A stretch of 64,000 bases of DNA, from NCBI GenBank assembly GCA_964016885.1, contig OZ024761.1, positions 6,820,001-6,884,000 on the forward strand, given 5' to 3'. Numbering within the stretch: position 1 is the stretch's first letter; the number at the start of each line of letters is the position of its first letter. The notes below the pieces were generated by a model. The model had not been told where the DNA came from and made no database searches. It was given only the letters and a program-made list of their open reading frames with translations. This DNA comes from Eledone cirrhosa (taxonomy: Eukaryota). The position numbers and the translations under genes are program-made. Of this stretch, positions 13,691 through 63,892 are shown piece by piece.

Positions 13691-14262
13691 GGTGGCTGCT
13701 GCAGTGGGTGTCGCTGGCCATTGGCCGTGGAAATTCCTTTGCAGTCTTGTCGACGGGGCGCAACCCAAACACCACCCCACCCTAGGCCCAGAACACTTTC
13801 TCCTGTGGCCCAAAAGTTCTTGCTTTTTTCTCTCATTTATGGCATTTATAGTCCTACTTTCCCATACAGCCATAGCTGCCCTTCTTTACCACTTCCCTCT
13901 TTTTTTTCTCATTACTTACTTTTGTTTTTATCTTTCTTTTTCATATCTCTGTTTTTAAGCCAACTTTGTCAGTTTAATAAAATTTCAAAGGTCTAAAATC
14001 TAAAACTTTTACACAATTACCAGTCAGTTTAATAAGGGAGACAACTCCCTTCAGCACCAATAACTCTTAAACAGAAACAATAGAGTTACTTTTCTTAAAT
14101 TGAAAATTTATAAACGTGATTTACAATAACAATTTTATTGTTATACTAGACCACCGGTCACCCATTGGGTCATGTTCACTTAAAAATAATTTTTGAATAA
14201 TTAAAATATACACAGACATGTATATAATGTGAAATGAAACTGGAAGGCCCATATATATATGT

Positions 14263-14605
14263 GGAGGCACATGGCTTAGTGGTTAGAGCATTGGCCTTGC
14301 AATCGCAAGGTTGTGAGTTCAATTCTCAGCCTGGGTGATGTGTTGTTTCCTTGAGCAAGACACTTTATTTCACATTGCTCCAGTTTACTCAGCTGTAGAA
14401 ATGAGGTGATAGGGACTGGGGTCCATATCATTCCACTGCAAAGTGGTCGTGGAGGTGCCACAACATAAAAGCACCCAGCACTCACTGTAAATGAGGTTGG
14501 TGTTAGGAAGGGCATCCAGCTGTAGAAATCAAGCCAAAATCAGTTCCCGTCCTACCCTTGCAAGCAGGGAAAAGCGGACGTAAAATGAAATGATGAAATG
14601 ATGAT
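14263..14605 (+). mobile_element. tRNA-headed SINE with an RTE-like 3' tail
   Basis: A-box TGGCTTAGTGG, B-box GAGTTCAATTC, tail GGACGTAAAATGAAATGATG. Closely similar copies lie at 17625-17960, 17985-18325, 20170-20485, 27510-27830 and 41163-41507. Confidence 0.9.
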
Positions 14606-15269
14606 ATACCTGCATCAGTTGTTAGCTGTCGAGACACTGCATCCTTTAAGGCCTCCATGCTTCCCGAGATCCGCCAACACTACAGCTAACACATACACAC
14701 ATGTACTTCCCTGACATTTGTGTATTATTCTATGTACTATACATGCACCTTTGACGAGTTGTAGTGCACCTGAGCACTTTACACAATAATTTCATTATTA
14801 TGTGTATATGCACTGTTCATTTTCCTGATGTTTGTACATTACCCTATGTACTATACATACACTTTTTGATGAGTTGTAGTGCACCTGAGCACTGTACACA
14901 ATATTTCATTATATTATTATATGTGTGTGCGTATATATATATGTATGTGTATGTATATATGTGGCTGCTGTGATCTATATACACTGGTCATAGACACACA
15001 CACTCATATATATATATATATATATATATACACAACAGCACTACCAGCTCTCTCTCTCTGTTTATGAAGGTACCTAGAAAACCTCATATCGGGAACCCGT
15101 GCTCTGATTTACGTGAAACTTGTCTTATTCCATTTCAGGGTCAACTTCCTTTCAAAGTATTTTCCCATTATGCGCCTTTTTGGCTGTATTACATAACAGA
15201 CAAGCAATCAATCAGAAATGTTTAGTATTATATAGATAGATAGATAGATAGTCACCGTTGAATCTTTCT

Positions 15270-16400
15270 TTTTTTTTTTCAATATGAATTTATTTAAAAT
15301 AAAATAATGAAAATTAGTGTACAGTTCTCAGGTGCACTACAACTCATCAAAGGTGCATATATAGTACATAGAATAACGTACAAATGTCAGGGAAGTGAAC
15401 AGTGTATGAGTCATGATATACATGTGTGCGTGTGTGTATGGAGTGGGAATATCATGTGTAGTGTTGGCGAATATCGGGAAGTATGGAAGTTTTGAAGGAT
15501 GCAGTGTCTCGGCAGCTAACAACTGATGCAGGTAATTTGTTCCATGAAGATTTTAAAGGATGCAGTGTCTCGACAGCTAATAACTGATGCAGGTAGTTTG
15601 TTCCATGCTTCAGCAACTCAGAGCATGAAAATATATTTCCAAAAGTCATGGGAGCTGTGCTGTTTTCTGACTTTGTAGGTATGCCTACATGTGTTAAACA
15701 CATGGAATTCAAAAAGGTACTCAGGGTTGTTGTTGGAAAGATGGTTCGTAATCTTGTGGGTGTTTAGCAAGTCAGTTGCCAGATGTCAGAGTTTCAATGT
15801 ATCCATGTCCAGAGAACCAAGGTGTTCAGAGTATGGTAGATACCTGATGGAGGGTATTCGCTTGGTTGCACGTCTCTGAACAGTTTCCAGATTGATATTC
15901 TGAGCAAGACTGGTGATGCAAATTCTAAGTGTGGGTACACCATAGGTACATATAGCGTTATATGGATAGCTGGAGAGCAGCTGACAAAGGTCTTGCTGAG
16001 TGATGCTAAGACACCCTCAGCCTTCTTGACAATTTTAGAGATGTGTTTTGTCCAATGCAAATCGCTGCTGACAGTAATGCCCAGGTCACGTTCACAAGAA
16101 GACTTCTTGATATTAGGGTTGTGGAGTATGTGGACGCTGGGTTTTTCCTCCCAAAATGCATGGTGGCACATTTGTCCACAGCCAACTTGAGTTGCCAGTC
16201 AATAATCCATTGTTGCATTGTCCAGGTCTGATTGCAGGAAAGATCTAGTGTTCAGGATCTGTCCTTTTTATCTCAAGGTACAGCTTGATGTCATCTGCAT
16301 ATTTCCTCACATTCTTTAAGTTGGCATCCAAGAGCAGATCCCTGTGGTATACCAGATGTCATCTTAGAGTGAAGGTTGTCCTAGAACCATGATCACCTGT
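15270..16400 (-). mobile_element. CR1-clade LINE 3' fragment, decayed
   Basis: YADDIKLY (about 16280-16303), ERDLGITVSSDLHW..HI and LY..MV.PHLEFAS. Its 3' end is repeated on the plus strand at about 14608-14920. Confidence 0.85.
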
Positions 16401-16439
16401 GGGGTTTATTGTGGCACCACCACCTGACGATGGGCTGTG

Positions 16440-17452
16440 TGCTTTTAAATAGCATCCTAGGCTACATGTTTACATTAAATACATGGTTTTAAATAGCATC
16501 CTAGGCTACATGTCTACATTAAATACATGGTTTTAAATAGCATCCTAGGCTACATGTCTACATTAAATACATGGTTTTAAATAGCATCCTAGGCTACATG
16601 TCTTCATTAAATACATGGTTTTAAATAGCATCCTAGGCTACATGTCTACATTAAATACATGCTTTTAAATAGCATCCTAGGCTACATGTCTACATCAGAT
16701 ACATGGTTTTAAATAGCATCCTAGGCTACATGTCTACATTAGATACATGGTTTTAAATAGCATCCTAGGCTACATGTCTACATCAGATACATGGTTTTAA
16801 ATAGCATCCTAGGCTACATGTCTACATTAGATACATGGTTTTAAATAGCATCCTAGGCTACATTAAATACAGTTTTAAATAGCATCCTAGGCTACATGTC
16901 TACATTAAATACATGGTTTTAAATAGCATCCTAGGCTACATGTATACATTAAATACATGGGTTTAAATAGCATCCTATGCTACATGTCTACATTAGATAC
17001 ATGGTTTTAAATAGCATCCTAGGCTACATGTCTACATTAAATACATGGTTTTAAATAGCACCCTAGGCTACATGTCTACATTAAATACATGGTTTTAAAT
17101 AGCACCCTAGGCTACATGTCTACATTAAATACATGGTTTTAAATAGCATCCTAGGCTACATGTATACATTAAATACATGGTTTTAAATAGCATCCTAGGC
17201 TACATGTATACATTAAATACATGGTTTTAAATAGCATCCTAGGCTACATGTATACATTAAATACATGGTTTTAAATAGCATCCTAGGCTACATGTATACA
17301 TTAAATACATGGTTTTAAATAGCATCCTAGGCTACATGTATACATTAAATACATGGTTTTTAAATAGCATCCTAGGCTACATGTATACATTAGATACATG
17401 GTTTTAAATAGCATCCTAGGCTACATGTATACATTAGATACATGGTTTTAAA
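16440..17452. repeat. 44-bp minisatellite, about 23 units
   Basis: Unit TTTTAAATAGCATCCTAGGCTACATGTCTACATTAAATACATGG; a diverged sister array lies at 38995-39740. Confidence 0.97.
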
Positions 17453-17624
17453 TAATAATAGATTAATCATTGGTACTATTTTCCCTCAAGACATTTTCAC
17501 CTGATGCTCTAATTATTCTGTTTATCAACCCCCTACATGATGAAAGGTGACATTGACTTTGCCAGAATTTGAACTAAGAACATCAAGAGATACAATGTAA
17601 TACTGCAATGGTATTTTGTCTGAT

Positions 17625-18325
17625 CATCATCATCATTTTACGTCCGCTTTTCCCTGCTTGCAAGGGTGCAACGGGAACTGATTCTGGCTTGATTTCTACA
17701 GCTGGATGCCCTTCCTAACACCAACATCAGTTACAGTGAGTGCTGGGTGCTTTTTTGCCGTGGCACCTCCACGTCCACTTTGCAGTGGAATGATAGGGAC
17801 CCCAGTCCCTATCATCTCATTTTTACAGCTGAGTAAACTGGAGTAATGTGAAATAAAGTGTCTTGCTCAAGGAAACAACACATCACGCGGTCTGAGAATT
17901 GAACTGACAACCTTTCGATTGCAAACCCAATACTCTAACCACTAAGCCATGTGTCTCTAATGATTCTGTCAATTCACCAGCCTTCATCATTTCATCATTT
18001 CTTTTACGTCCGCTTTTCCCTGCTTGCAAGGGTGGGACGGGAACTGATTCTGGCTTGATTTCTACAGCTGGATGCCCTTCCTAACACCAACCTCATTTAC
18101 AGTGAGTGCTGGATGCTTTTTTGCCGTGGCACCTCCACGACCACTTTACAGTGGAATGATAGGGACACCAGTCCCTATCATCTCATTTCTACAGCTGAGT
18201 AAACTGGAGCAATGTGAAATAAAGTGTCTTGCACAAGGAAACAACACATCACCCGGTCTGAGAATTGAACTCACAACCTTTCGATTGCAAGGCCAATGCT
18301 CTAACCACTCAGCCATGTGCCTCCA
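17625..18325 (-). mobile_element. Two tandem copies of the tRNA/RTE-tail SINE
   Basis: Each copy is the reverse complement of 14263-14605. Confidence 0.9.
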
Positions 18326-18541
18326 ATGACTACAATTTGTGGGAAGGGAAAAGTTGGTTATATCGAGTCCAGTATTTGACTGGTACTTTATTTTATCAAC
18401 CCTGGAAGGATAAAAGTCAAAGTTGACCTTGGGCAGTACTAGAAATCAGAATATAAAGAGCAGGAACAAATATGCAAAGCCTTTTGTCTGACACATGAAC
18501 AATTCTTTCAAATATTAATATATAATAAACTACCAATATAT

Positions 18542-18547
18542 TTTATT
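18542..18547 (-). terminator. Candidate polyadenylation signal for Rpt1 copy A
   Basis: AATAAA on the minus strand about 180 nt after the stop codon; position only. Confidence 0.4.
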
Positions 18548-18727
18548 CAGCAAATATTGATGTGAAGGAGTTTTGACATAATCTTATAAGAAAACAATTT
18601 GGAAAAAAAGAATTTAAGCTTAAAATATAATACACTTGAAAGTGAGAGAGAAGGAGAATGTGTTAGAGTGACGGAGAAAGACATATATAATTATGATACA
18701 CCTTTAATTACATGTCAGATAATAGTT

Positions 18728-37038
<18,311 letters not shown>

Positions 37039-37235
37039 GTTTGTTGTTTGTTTGTTCTTTAAAAAATATCAAAACTCCTTCGATAACAAAAAATATTTCA
37101 AGTACAAGCAACTGTCGAGAAAATTTTCATTACAAACAAATGGCGATGTTTTTGCCTAGAGAGTTCCATGGAAGCAACAAGAGTTGTCTACCCTTGAAAG
37201 ACCTTCTCTCTTTTCCTTATTCTATCTATATTTCT

Positions 37236-37760
37236 CCATGGCTTGGATGCTGCAGGCTCCCCCTCCCAGCTTGAGCTGGACTGGGGTGACGGCAAATAGC
37301 CAGACTGAAAGACCATCTTCCCGTTCCACGGTGGTAAACCCCTCGTCTAGGATGTCACATGCAGTGACAACCTGGTGCAGTCTACGACCAACCCAGGATC
37401 TGCTGCACTTCGGGCTGAGGAGGGTAAACTCTCCAAATATCGGTCGTTATCCGACAGGTTTGCAATCGAGCCCCTAGCAGTGAAGACTACTAGTGTCCTT
37501 ACAGTAGGGCTACGTCCCTACTCACCACCATAGGCGCTGAACTGGCTAGCCGCAGGTGTGAGCCTCGCGAAATGGAATGGGTCATCCAGCGCATCTCCTT
37601 CACCATCCTCCGGGGAAACGCCTTCTCTATTCTGTCGGCCAGGGCCGTGGGGTGGCCAGCGCGTGGGACCCCACTTGCTGGTAATAGTGAGAGATGGGGA
37701 AGGCGGGAGAGACGGAGGCGATGACAGTGGGAGTTTGGCTCCTCTGTGTTCGGACCTGGG
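37236..37760 (+). mobile_element. CRE-clade retrotransposon 3' fragment about 200 bp upstream of the Rpt1 ATG
   Basis: Homologous to 19600-20160 (WVIQRISFTILRGNA); duplicated at 43831-44350. Confidence 0.8.
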
Positions 37761-38994
37761 GTACGTTTGTGTATTTTCACCTGCGGGACTTACGTCAACC
37801 TTATTGAAGATGGACTTACATCAACCTTATTGAAGATATATCGGATGAATTTAAATCAGAACAAATTTGTTATCGTAAAGATCATCGTTATCTTTATTTC
37901 ATACTATCTCTTCTTTTCTTTTACTTCTATCTTTCTCAATTTATATCATTTCTCTTTTTTTTTTCCTTATCTCACACACTCTCTCCTTTTTGTCGTGTCT
38001 TTTTCACTGTCATTTATTTTCTCTCTCTATCCGCCTCTCACTCTCTTTTCTCGTCTCCCCTCTCTCTCTCACACACACATTTTACGTGGACTCCACATAC
38101 CGACCGTCACACAATACTGCCAATTGTAAGGTAACTCTTGCATATCCCAAATGAGATGATTAAGTATTTATACTTTTCTGCTTCGAGACCTCTGTCGTCC
38201 TCGGTCCCTCAGTGCTGATTTCATCCGTAAAGTCAGAGAGACTGCGGTCCACTTGAGGAAGGAGTGCCGAGGCGGGGTGTTTGTTGCAGCAGGTGTCTCT
38301 GGCCGTTTTATCGGTGGCTGAGGCACTGCCAAGATTGGCGTGTAGTGACTCTCCAAGCTCCTCTCTCCCTTTCTTTTGTTGCTTGATATCCCTTTTCTGT
38401 TCCCTATAATAGGGTGTTTTCTTTTTATTATACCAGTTGTTCCCAAAGAATCCAACGGTTCCAAAAACGAGTGTCCGGGGTTCCATGAAAAAAGGTAGAG
38501 GATATATTTACATTACAACCATATAACGTTGTGAATGGCAGTATTGGTAGAGGGTTGGACATGCTTTCTAGCATAGTTACATCCCTTTACGGTCTGAGTT
38601 CAAATCCCGTCGAGGTTAACTTTGCCTTTCATCCTTACGGGGTCGATAAAATAAAAAGTACCAGTAATGTACTGGTAATTGCTGGCCTTGTGCCAAAAGT
38701 AGAAACAATTATTAGACTTTGGGGTTCCATCAAAAGTTTCTGAACTAAAGAGCGTTCTGCATTTGGAAAAGTTTGGGAAAGCCTGTATCACTGCACAACT
38801 TCTTTTATACTGTAACATTCCACTTCCAACAACGGACAGGATGACTTGGAATATCTTTTACCACATGAAAATATTGACAAAATATGGCTACATGTGAAAC
38901 CACCACTACTACCTAACAAGATGGACTGGGTATATTTTATCGGCACTATGGCCGAGATGGAAGTGACTGGAATGTGGCACACTTTGTCAACAAG

Positions 38995-39740
38995 TGTCCT
39001 AGGCTACATGTGTACATTAGATACATGATTTTAAATAGCATCATAGCCTACATGTGTACATTAGGTATATGGTTTTAAATAGCCACATAGCCTACATGTG
39101 TACATTAGATAAATGGTTTTAAATAGCATCATAGCCTGCATATGTACATTAGATACATGGTTTTAAATAGCCACATAGGCTACATGTGTACATTAGATAC
39201 ATGGTTTTAAATAGCATCATAGCCTACATATGTACATTAGATACATGGTTTTAAATAGCATCATAGCCTACATGTGTACATTAGATACATGGTTTTAAAT
39301 AGCCACATAGGCTACCTGTGTACATTAGATACATGGTTTTAAATAACCACATAGGCTACATGTGTACATTTGATACATGGTTTTAAATAGCCACATAGGC
39401 TACCTGTATACATTAGATACATGGTTTTAAATAGCCACATAGGCTACATGTGTACATTTGATACATGGTTTTAAATAACCACATAGGCTACATGTGTACA
39501 TTAGATACATGGTTTTAAATAGCCACATAGGCTACCTGTGTACATTAGATACATGGTTTTAAATAACCATATAGGCTACATGTGTACATTAGATACATGG
39601 TTTTAAATAACCATATAGGCTACATGTGTACATTAGATACATGGTTTTAAATAGCCACATAGGCTACCTGTGTACACTAGATACATGGTTTTAAATAGCC
39701 ACATAGGCTACATGTGTACATTTGATACATGGTTTTAAAT
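38995..39740. repeat. 44-bp minisatellite (diverged sister of 16440-17452)
   Basis: Unit TTTTAAATAGCCACATAGGCTACATGTGTACATTAGATACATGG. Confidence 0.95.
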
Positions 39741-39806
39741 ATAGTCTACCTACATCTTTTGTGTATCCAAGATTTACTTCTAGCTCTGAGCTCAGCCTGA
39801 GTGTAC

Positions 39807-39861
<55 letters not shown>

Positions 39862-42045
39862 TATACATGTCTGAATATGTTTATATGTGTGTAAATATAT
39901 ATATGTGTGTGTAAATGTAGGAGACTTCTCCACAGACACCAACCCACATACTGTGATATATCCACACTTCCTAATTGTCCCCTCAACAACAGACTGGTAC
40001 ATGAGAACATGTGGTCTATAAGATAACATAATTGTCCCCTCAACAACAGACTTGTACATGAGAACATGTGGTCTATAAGATAACATAATTGTCCCCTCAA
40101 CAACAGACTTGTACATGAGAACATGTGGTCTATAAGATCACATGATTGTCCCCTCAACAACACAGACTGGTACATGAGAACATGTGGTCTATAAGATAAC
40201 ATAATTGTCCCCTCAACAACAGACTTGTACATGAGAACATGTGGTCTATAAGATAACATAATTGTCCCCTCAACAACAGACTTGTACATGAGAACATGTG
40301 GTCTATAAGATAACATAATTGTCCCCTCAACAACAGACTTGTACATGAGAACATGTGGTCTATAAGATCACATGATTGTCCCCTCAACAACACAGACTGG
40401 TACATGAGAACATGTGGTCTATAAGATAACATAATTGTCCCCTCAACAACAGACTTGTACATGAGAACATGTGGTCTATAAGATCACATGATTGTCCCCT
40501 CAACAACAGACTGGTACATGAGAACATGTGGTCTATAAGATCACATAATTGTCCCCTCAACAACACAGACTGGTACATGAGAACATGTGGTCTATAAGAT
40601 AACATAATTGTCCCCTCAACAACAGACTGGTACATGAGAACATGTGGTCTATAAGATAACGTGTAAAAACTGCAGCTCCTCATATATCAGAAATAGCATA
40701 AGGAGGCTACACATACGGATCAAGGAACTCATGACAATGAGAGCCTCTTCTGTTAAAAAAAACATCTTGACAGATGCCACAGCCGAGACATCGAGGTCAC
40801 CATAGAGGCAACTGGAAGGAATATGGGAAATTTAAGGATTAAGGAAACCATTTTCATCAGCTGAATAAAACCAGAGCTAAATAATAGGTTAGAAATACAT
40901 GAGGCAGAATGTCCTCGAGTGCATACATTTTTCAAACACTGACCAGTTAGTGAAGAAAACTTTGATAGCTTGTTTGTTTTATCATGGACCATTTCAGCTT
41001 CGCATCTGAAAAGAGCGAAATAGCCCTGATATATTATGCTATAAAATACACTGGGTAAAACATTAGTTTCTTTTGTTTCATTTCTCCTTCGTATTTTCTA
41101 CTGCATTGTACCGGCTTTAAAAAATAAAATTACCTGTCTTTTACTACGTCTGTATATATGTATCATCATCATCATTCATTTCATTTTACGTCCGCTTTTT
41201 CCCTGCTTGCAAGGGTGGGACGGGAACTGATTCTGGCTTGATTTCTACAGCTGGATGCCCTTCCTAACACCAACCTCATTTACAGTGAGGGTTGGGTGCT
41301 TTTTTGCCGTGGCACCTCCACAACCACTTTACAGTGGAATGATAGAAACCTCAGTCCCTATCATCTCATTTCTACAGCTGAGTTAACTGGAGCAATGTGA
41401 AATAAAGTGTCTTGCTCAAGGAAACAACACATCACCCAGTCTGAGAATTGAACTCACAACCTTTCGATTGCAAGGCCAATGTTCTAACCACTAAGCCATG
41501 TGCCTCCATGTGTGTGTGTATATATAGATATATATATACACACACATCAAGCAGAAGTACATTGAGGGGGGTTCATACGGGAATTGAAGTATAATCCTTT
41601 AGGTGTATGTATGTGTGTGTGTGTATATATATATATCTATATATATACACACACACACATACATACACCTAAAGGATTATACTTCAATTCCCGTATGAAC
41701 CCCCCTCACAATGTACTTCTGCTTGAATTTGAGGGTAGACTTTTACATGTTTTGTGTTTTTTTTATGATGTATGTATTTGTATGTATGTGCCTGTCTGTA
41801 TGTATGTTTGTATGTACGTATGTATGTATGTACATATACAATTCCTATGTGTGTGTGTATGTATAGGTATTTTATGCATGTGTGTGTGTATGATCACATA
41901 TTTTGTTTTTGTTTTGTTTAAACTTCAGTATTTATTTTTCCCCGTTATTTTATTTTATTTCTCATCTTTATTTTATTATATATCAGCCTCGCTTTCATTG
42001 TATTAGCCTTTGTTTTTAAATACATATCTTACGTCCATATTAAAT

Positions 42046-42118
42046 TTTCATTCTGATGAGCGATTTCAGACGTCTGTGTTGAGCTCGTCTGTCTTCGTGA
42101 AACCTTTGGTAAATGGAA
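42046..42118 (+). ncRNA. Hammerhead ribozyme motif with an intact core
   Basis: tttcatt-CTGATGA-gcga...tcgt-GAAA-cc-ttt-gg-TA-aatggaa; GUA cleavage triplet; lies about 320 bp downstream of the 41547-41726 inverted repeat. Confidence 0.75.
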
Positions 42119-42429
42119 TAATTGTCTTATGTTGTTTATTACATAATTATATATATATTTAGTAGAAATAGGTTTCGTTGTATTTTGACTTTAGAAATTA
42201 GCCTGTTGGCTAATTGAGGTTTTAAAACCCTCTAAATGGAAAAGATGAGTATTGAAGGTCAATATTCATCTTTTCCATTTAGAGGGTTTTAAACCTTACT
42301 ATCAGGCTAATTTCTTTAGTCAAGATATGATGGAAGCTTCTATTTCTACTAAATTTCGAACTTCGCTCGCTTTCTTCAAAACTAAACGCTTGCTTTGTCA
42401 ATATATATATGTATGAATGTATTGATAGA

Positions 42430-42985
42430 GTTAATTTGTGCTTTCTCGCCTTTCTTTTCACCATATGTTGATGGAACCAGGTTGGGAGTAGTAGATAAAT
42501 TTGTCTACTTGGGTTGCACACTGTCAAATGTTGGCTCCTTGGATGCTGAAATACATCTGCGCATCCAGAAGGCCTCTGTTGCCTTCGGAAAATTGGGAAT
42601 GAGAGTTTGGGCAAATCGCAACATAATACCAAGGTGTGTGTATAGATGTGTTCTATCCGCTCTTTTATACTCTGGCGAAACCTGGGCGCTATTCCATAAA
42701 GATATCAAATTGCTTGAGCGTTTTCAACAGAAATGTCTAAGGCATATTCAACATCAAGTAGCAAGACAGACCTCCTGACATCCATGTCCTTATCAAAGCA
42801 GAATGTCCATTGAGTCTCTAGTAACATCTTCTCAAATGCGCTAGAGAGGACATATCGTCTGCATGGAAGAAAACAGGATCCCGAAGCAACTCTTTTACGG
42901 TGAGCTCCATCTTGGAAAAAGGCATCAACACAAACCGAAAATGAGGTACAAGGGCAGCATCAAGAACAACCTCAAAGTATAGACA
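42430..42985 (+). mobile_element. RTE/BovB-like LINE 3' fragment
   Basis: VDKFVYLG, RIQKASVAFGKL, LLYSGETW, ERFQQKCLR and RIPKQLFYGEL. Confidence 0.85.
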
Positions 42986-43557
42986 ACTGGGAGTACTCAA
43001 TACATGGTATGATGCAGAGTGGTTATATTAGTGAAAGTAGAGGATTGGTTTCCTGACGAAAGCTAGAGGTAACTCGTGGAAACCGCCGAGCAGGCAGTCG
43101 ATCCTCTACTTCTACATAGTGTACACCCGGTATTCGCATAATTTTTCTTAGAACCTAACTAATGATTGTTCTTGGAAACCACCGCATATTCGCGGAATCG
43201 TAAATATCTTCCGCGGTGTTTTATGGCTTTTTTCGTGGCAATATACATTTATTAACGCTAAATTATTACTAACAAAATACCGTATTTGCCGGCCTTTTTT
43301 TAATTATATTTTGACATTTATAGACATTTTTATGGACCACGTCCAATATTCGCTCTTCGCAGGTGCTCTGCAAACGCAACCCCCCCGTGAATACCGGGGA
43401 ACAACTGTATATATATATATATATATATAGTATGTATGGAATAAGAAGTTACTTGTCCAAGATCCCATTATATATATATACAACCTTTGTATAACCAAGT
43501 CTATGACACAGCACAAATTTCTTCAGTTAATTTAATTTGTAAAAAAAACTACTAAAC

Positions 43558-43633
43558 CTTGAATATTTTTGTCTTTTTCATCCTCCTCCTCCTCTTTTAC
43601 TTTTCTTTGTTCATCTCCCAAATAGTCTGGCAT
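43558..43633 (-). other. PSMC2: Orphan duplicate of Rpt1 exon 1 (copy B remnant or alternative first exon)
   Basis: Reads as identical to 36963-37038, including the ATG and GT donor. No exons 2-12 follow it before the 44-bp satellite. Confidence 0.9.
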
Positions 43634-44543
43634 GTTTGTTGTTTGTTTGTTCTTTAAAAAATATCAAAACTCCTTCGATAACAAAAAATATTTCAAGTAC
43701 AAGCAACTGTCGAGAAAATTTTCATTACAAACAAATGGCGATGTTTTTGCCTAGAGAGTTCCATGGAAGCAACAAGAGTTGTCTACCCTTGAAAGACCTT
43801 CTCTCTTTTCCTTATTCTATCTATATTTCTCCATGGCTTGGATGCTGCAGGCTCCCCCTCCCAGCTCGAGCTGGACTGGGGTGACGGCAAATAGCCAGAC
43901 TGAAAGACCATCTTCCCGTTCCACGGTGGTAAACCCCTCGTCTAGGATGTCACATGCAGTGACAACCTGGTGCAGTCTACGACCAACCCAGGATCTGCTG
44001 CACTTCGGGCTGAGGAGGGTAAACTCTCCAAATATCGGTCGTTATCCGACAGGTTTGCAATCGAGCCCCTAGCAGTGAAGACTACTAGTGTCCTTACAGT
44101 AGGGCTACGTCCCTACTCACCACCATAGGCGCTGAACTGGCTAGCCGCAGGTGTGAGCCTCGCGAAATGGAATGGGTCATCCAGCGCATCTCCTTCACCA
44201 TCCTCCGGGGAAACACCTTCTCTATTCTGTCGGCCAGGGCCGTGGGGTGGCCAGCGCATGGGACCCCACTTGCTGGTAATAGTGAGAGATGGGGGAGAGA
44301 CGGAGGCGATGACAGTGGGAGTTTGGCTCCTCTGTGTTCGGACCTGGGGTACGTTTGTGTATTTTCACCTGCGGGACTTACGTCAACCTTATTGAAGATG
44401 GACTTACATCAACCTTATTGAAGATATATCGGATGAATTTAAATCAGAACAAATTTGTTATCGTAAAGATCATCGTTATCTTTATTTCATACTATCTCTT
44501 CTTTTCTTTTACTTCTATCTTTCTCAATTTATATCATTTCTCT

Positions 44544-63414
<18,871 letters not shown>

Positions 63415-63439
63415 CTAGAAATAATAATAATAAGAATAG

Positions 63440-63892
63440 ATATGATAGGGTGGGACAATATCTCCACTGGATAATATGAAAAAAATACAATTCAGAAAAC
63501 TGGTATGAACATAAACCACAGCTGAGACTGAAGGAGCAACAATCCTTCAGGACTTTTCCATTCACAAAGATCACACTGTTAATGCTAATCTTCCTGATAT
63601 TATTATTAAAGATTTAAAAAACAAGACCTGCTTACTCATTGACATGACTGTACTGTATGATAGAAATATGTCAGCAAAAGAGTATGAGAAACTTGTTAAA
63701 TATAAAGATCTAGAAATTGAAATAAACAGAATGTGGTACCTTAAAACACAAACTATTCCGGCAGAGATAGGAGCTCAAGGTGTCATAAAGAAAGGTGTTC
63801 ACAAGTTTCTAGAAAACCTAGCATCTATGAAATCCAAAAGATACTTCTAACAAGTACCGTCCACAAACTTCGTAAATTTTTGTCTATGTAAT
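63440..63892 (+). mobile_element. R4/Dong-like LINE 3' fragment (RLE domain)
   Basis: HDRVGQYLHW-like, WYEHKP, N.PDIII.D....CLLID, KEYEKLVKYKDL and IGAQG. Confidence 0.8.

Larger units (their letters stand above)
39745..44543. repeat. Segmental duplicate of about 35320-37955 (part of intron 1, exon 1 and upstream region), with a ~2.1-kb insertion at about 41084-43230
   Basis: Near-identical sequence: 40660-41083 matches 36187-36610, and 43232-44543 matches 36608-37955. Confidence 0.93.

Noticed and set aside
14263-14335. tRNA gene
   Set aside because: The A/B boxes continue into a ~340-bp body repeated at least 6 times in the window, so this is a SINE head.
38160-38486. ORF as the main Rpt1 exon 1, giving a long novel N-terminus
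   Set aside because: The canonical MPDYLG exon was found at 37038-36963 with the correct phase, so this ORF is not needed.
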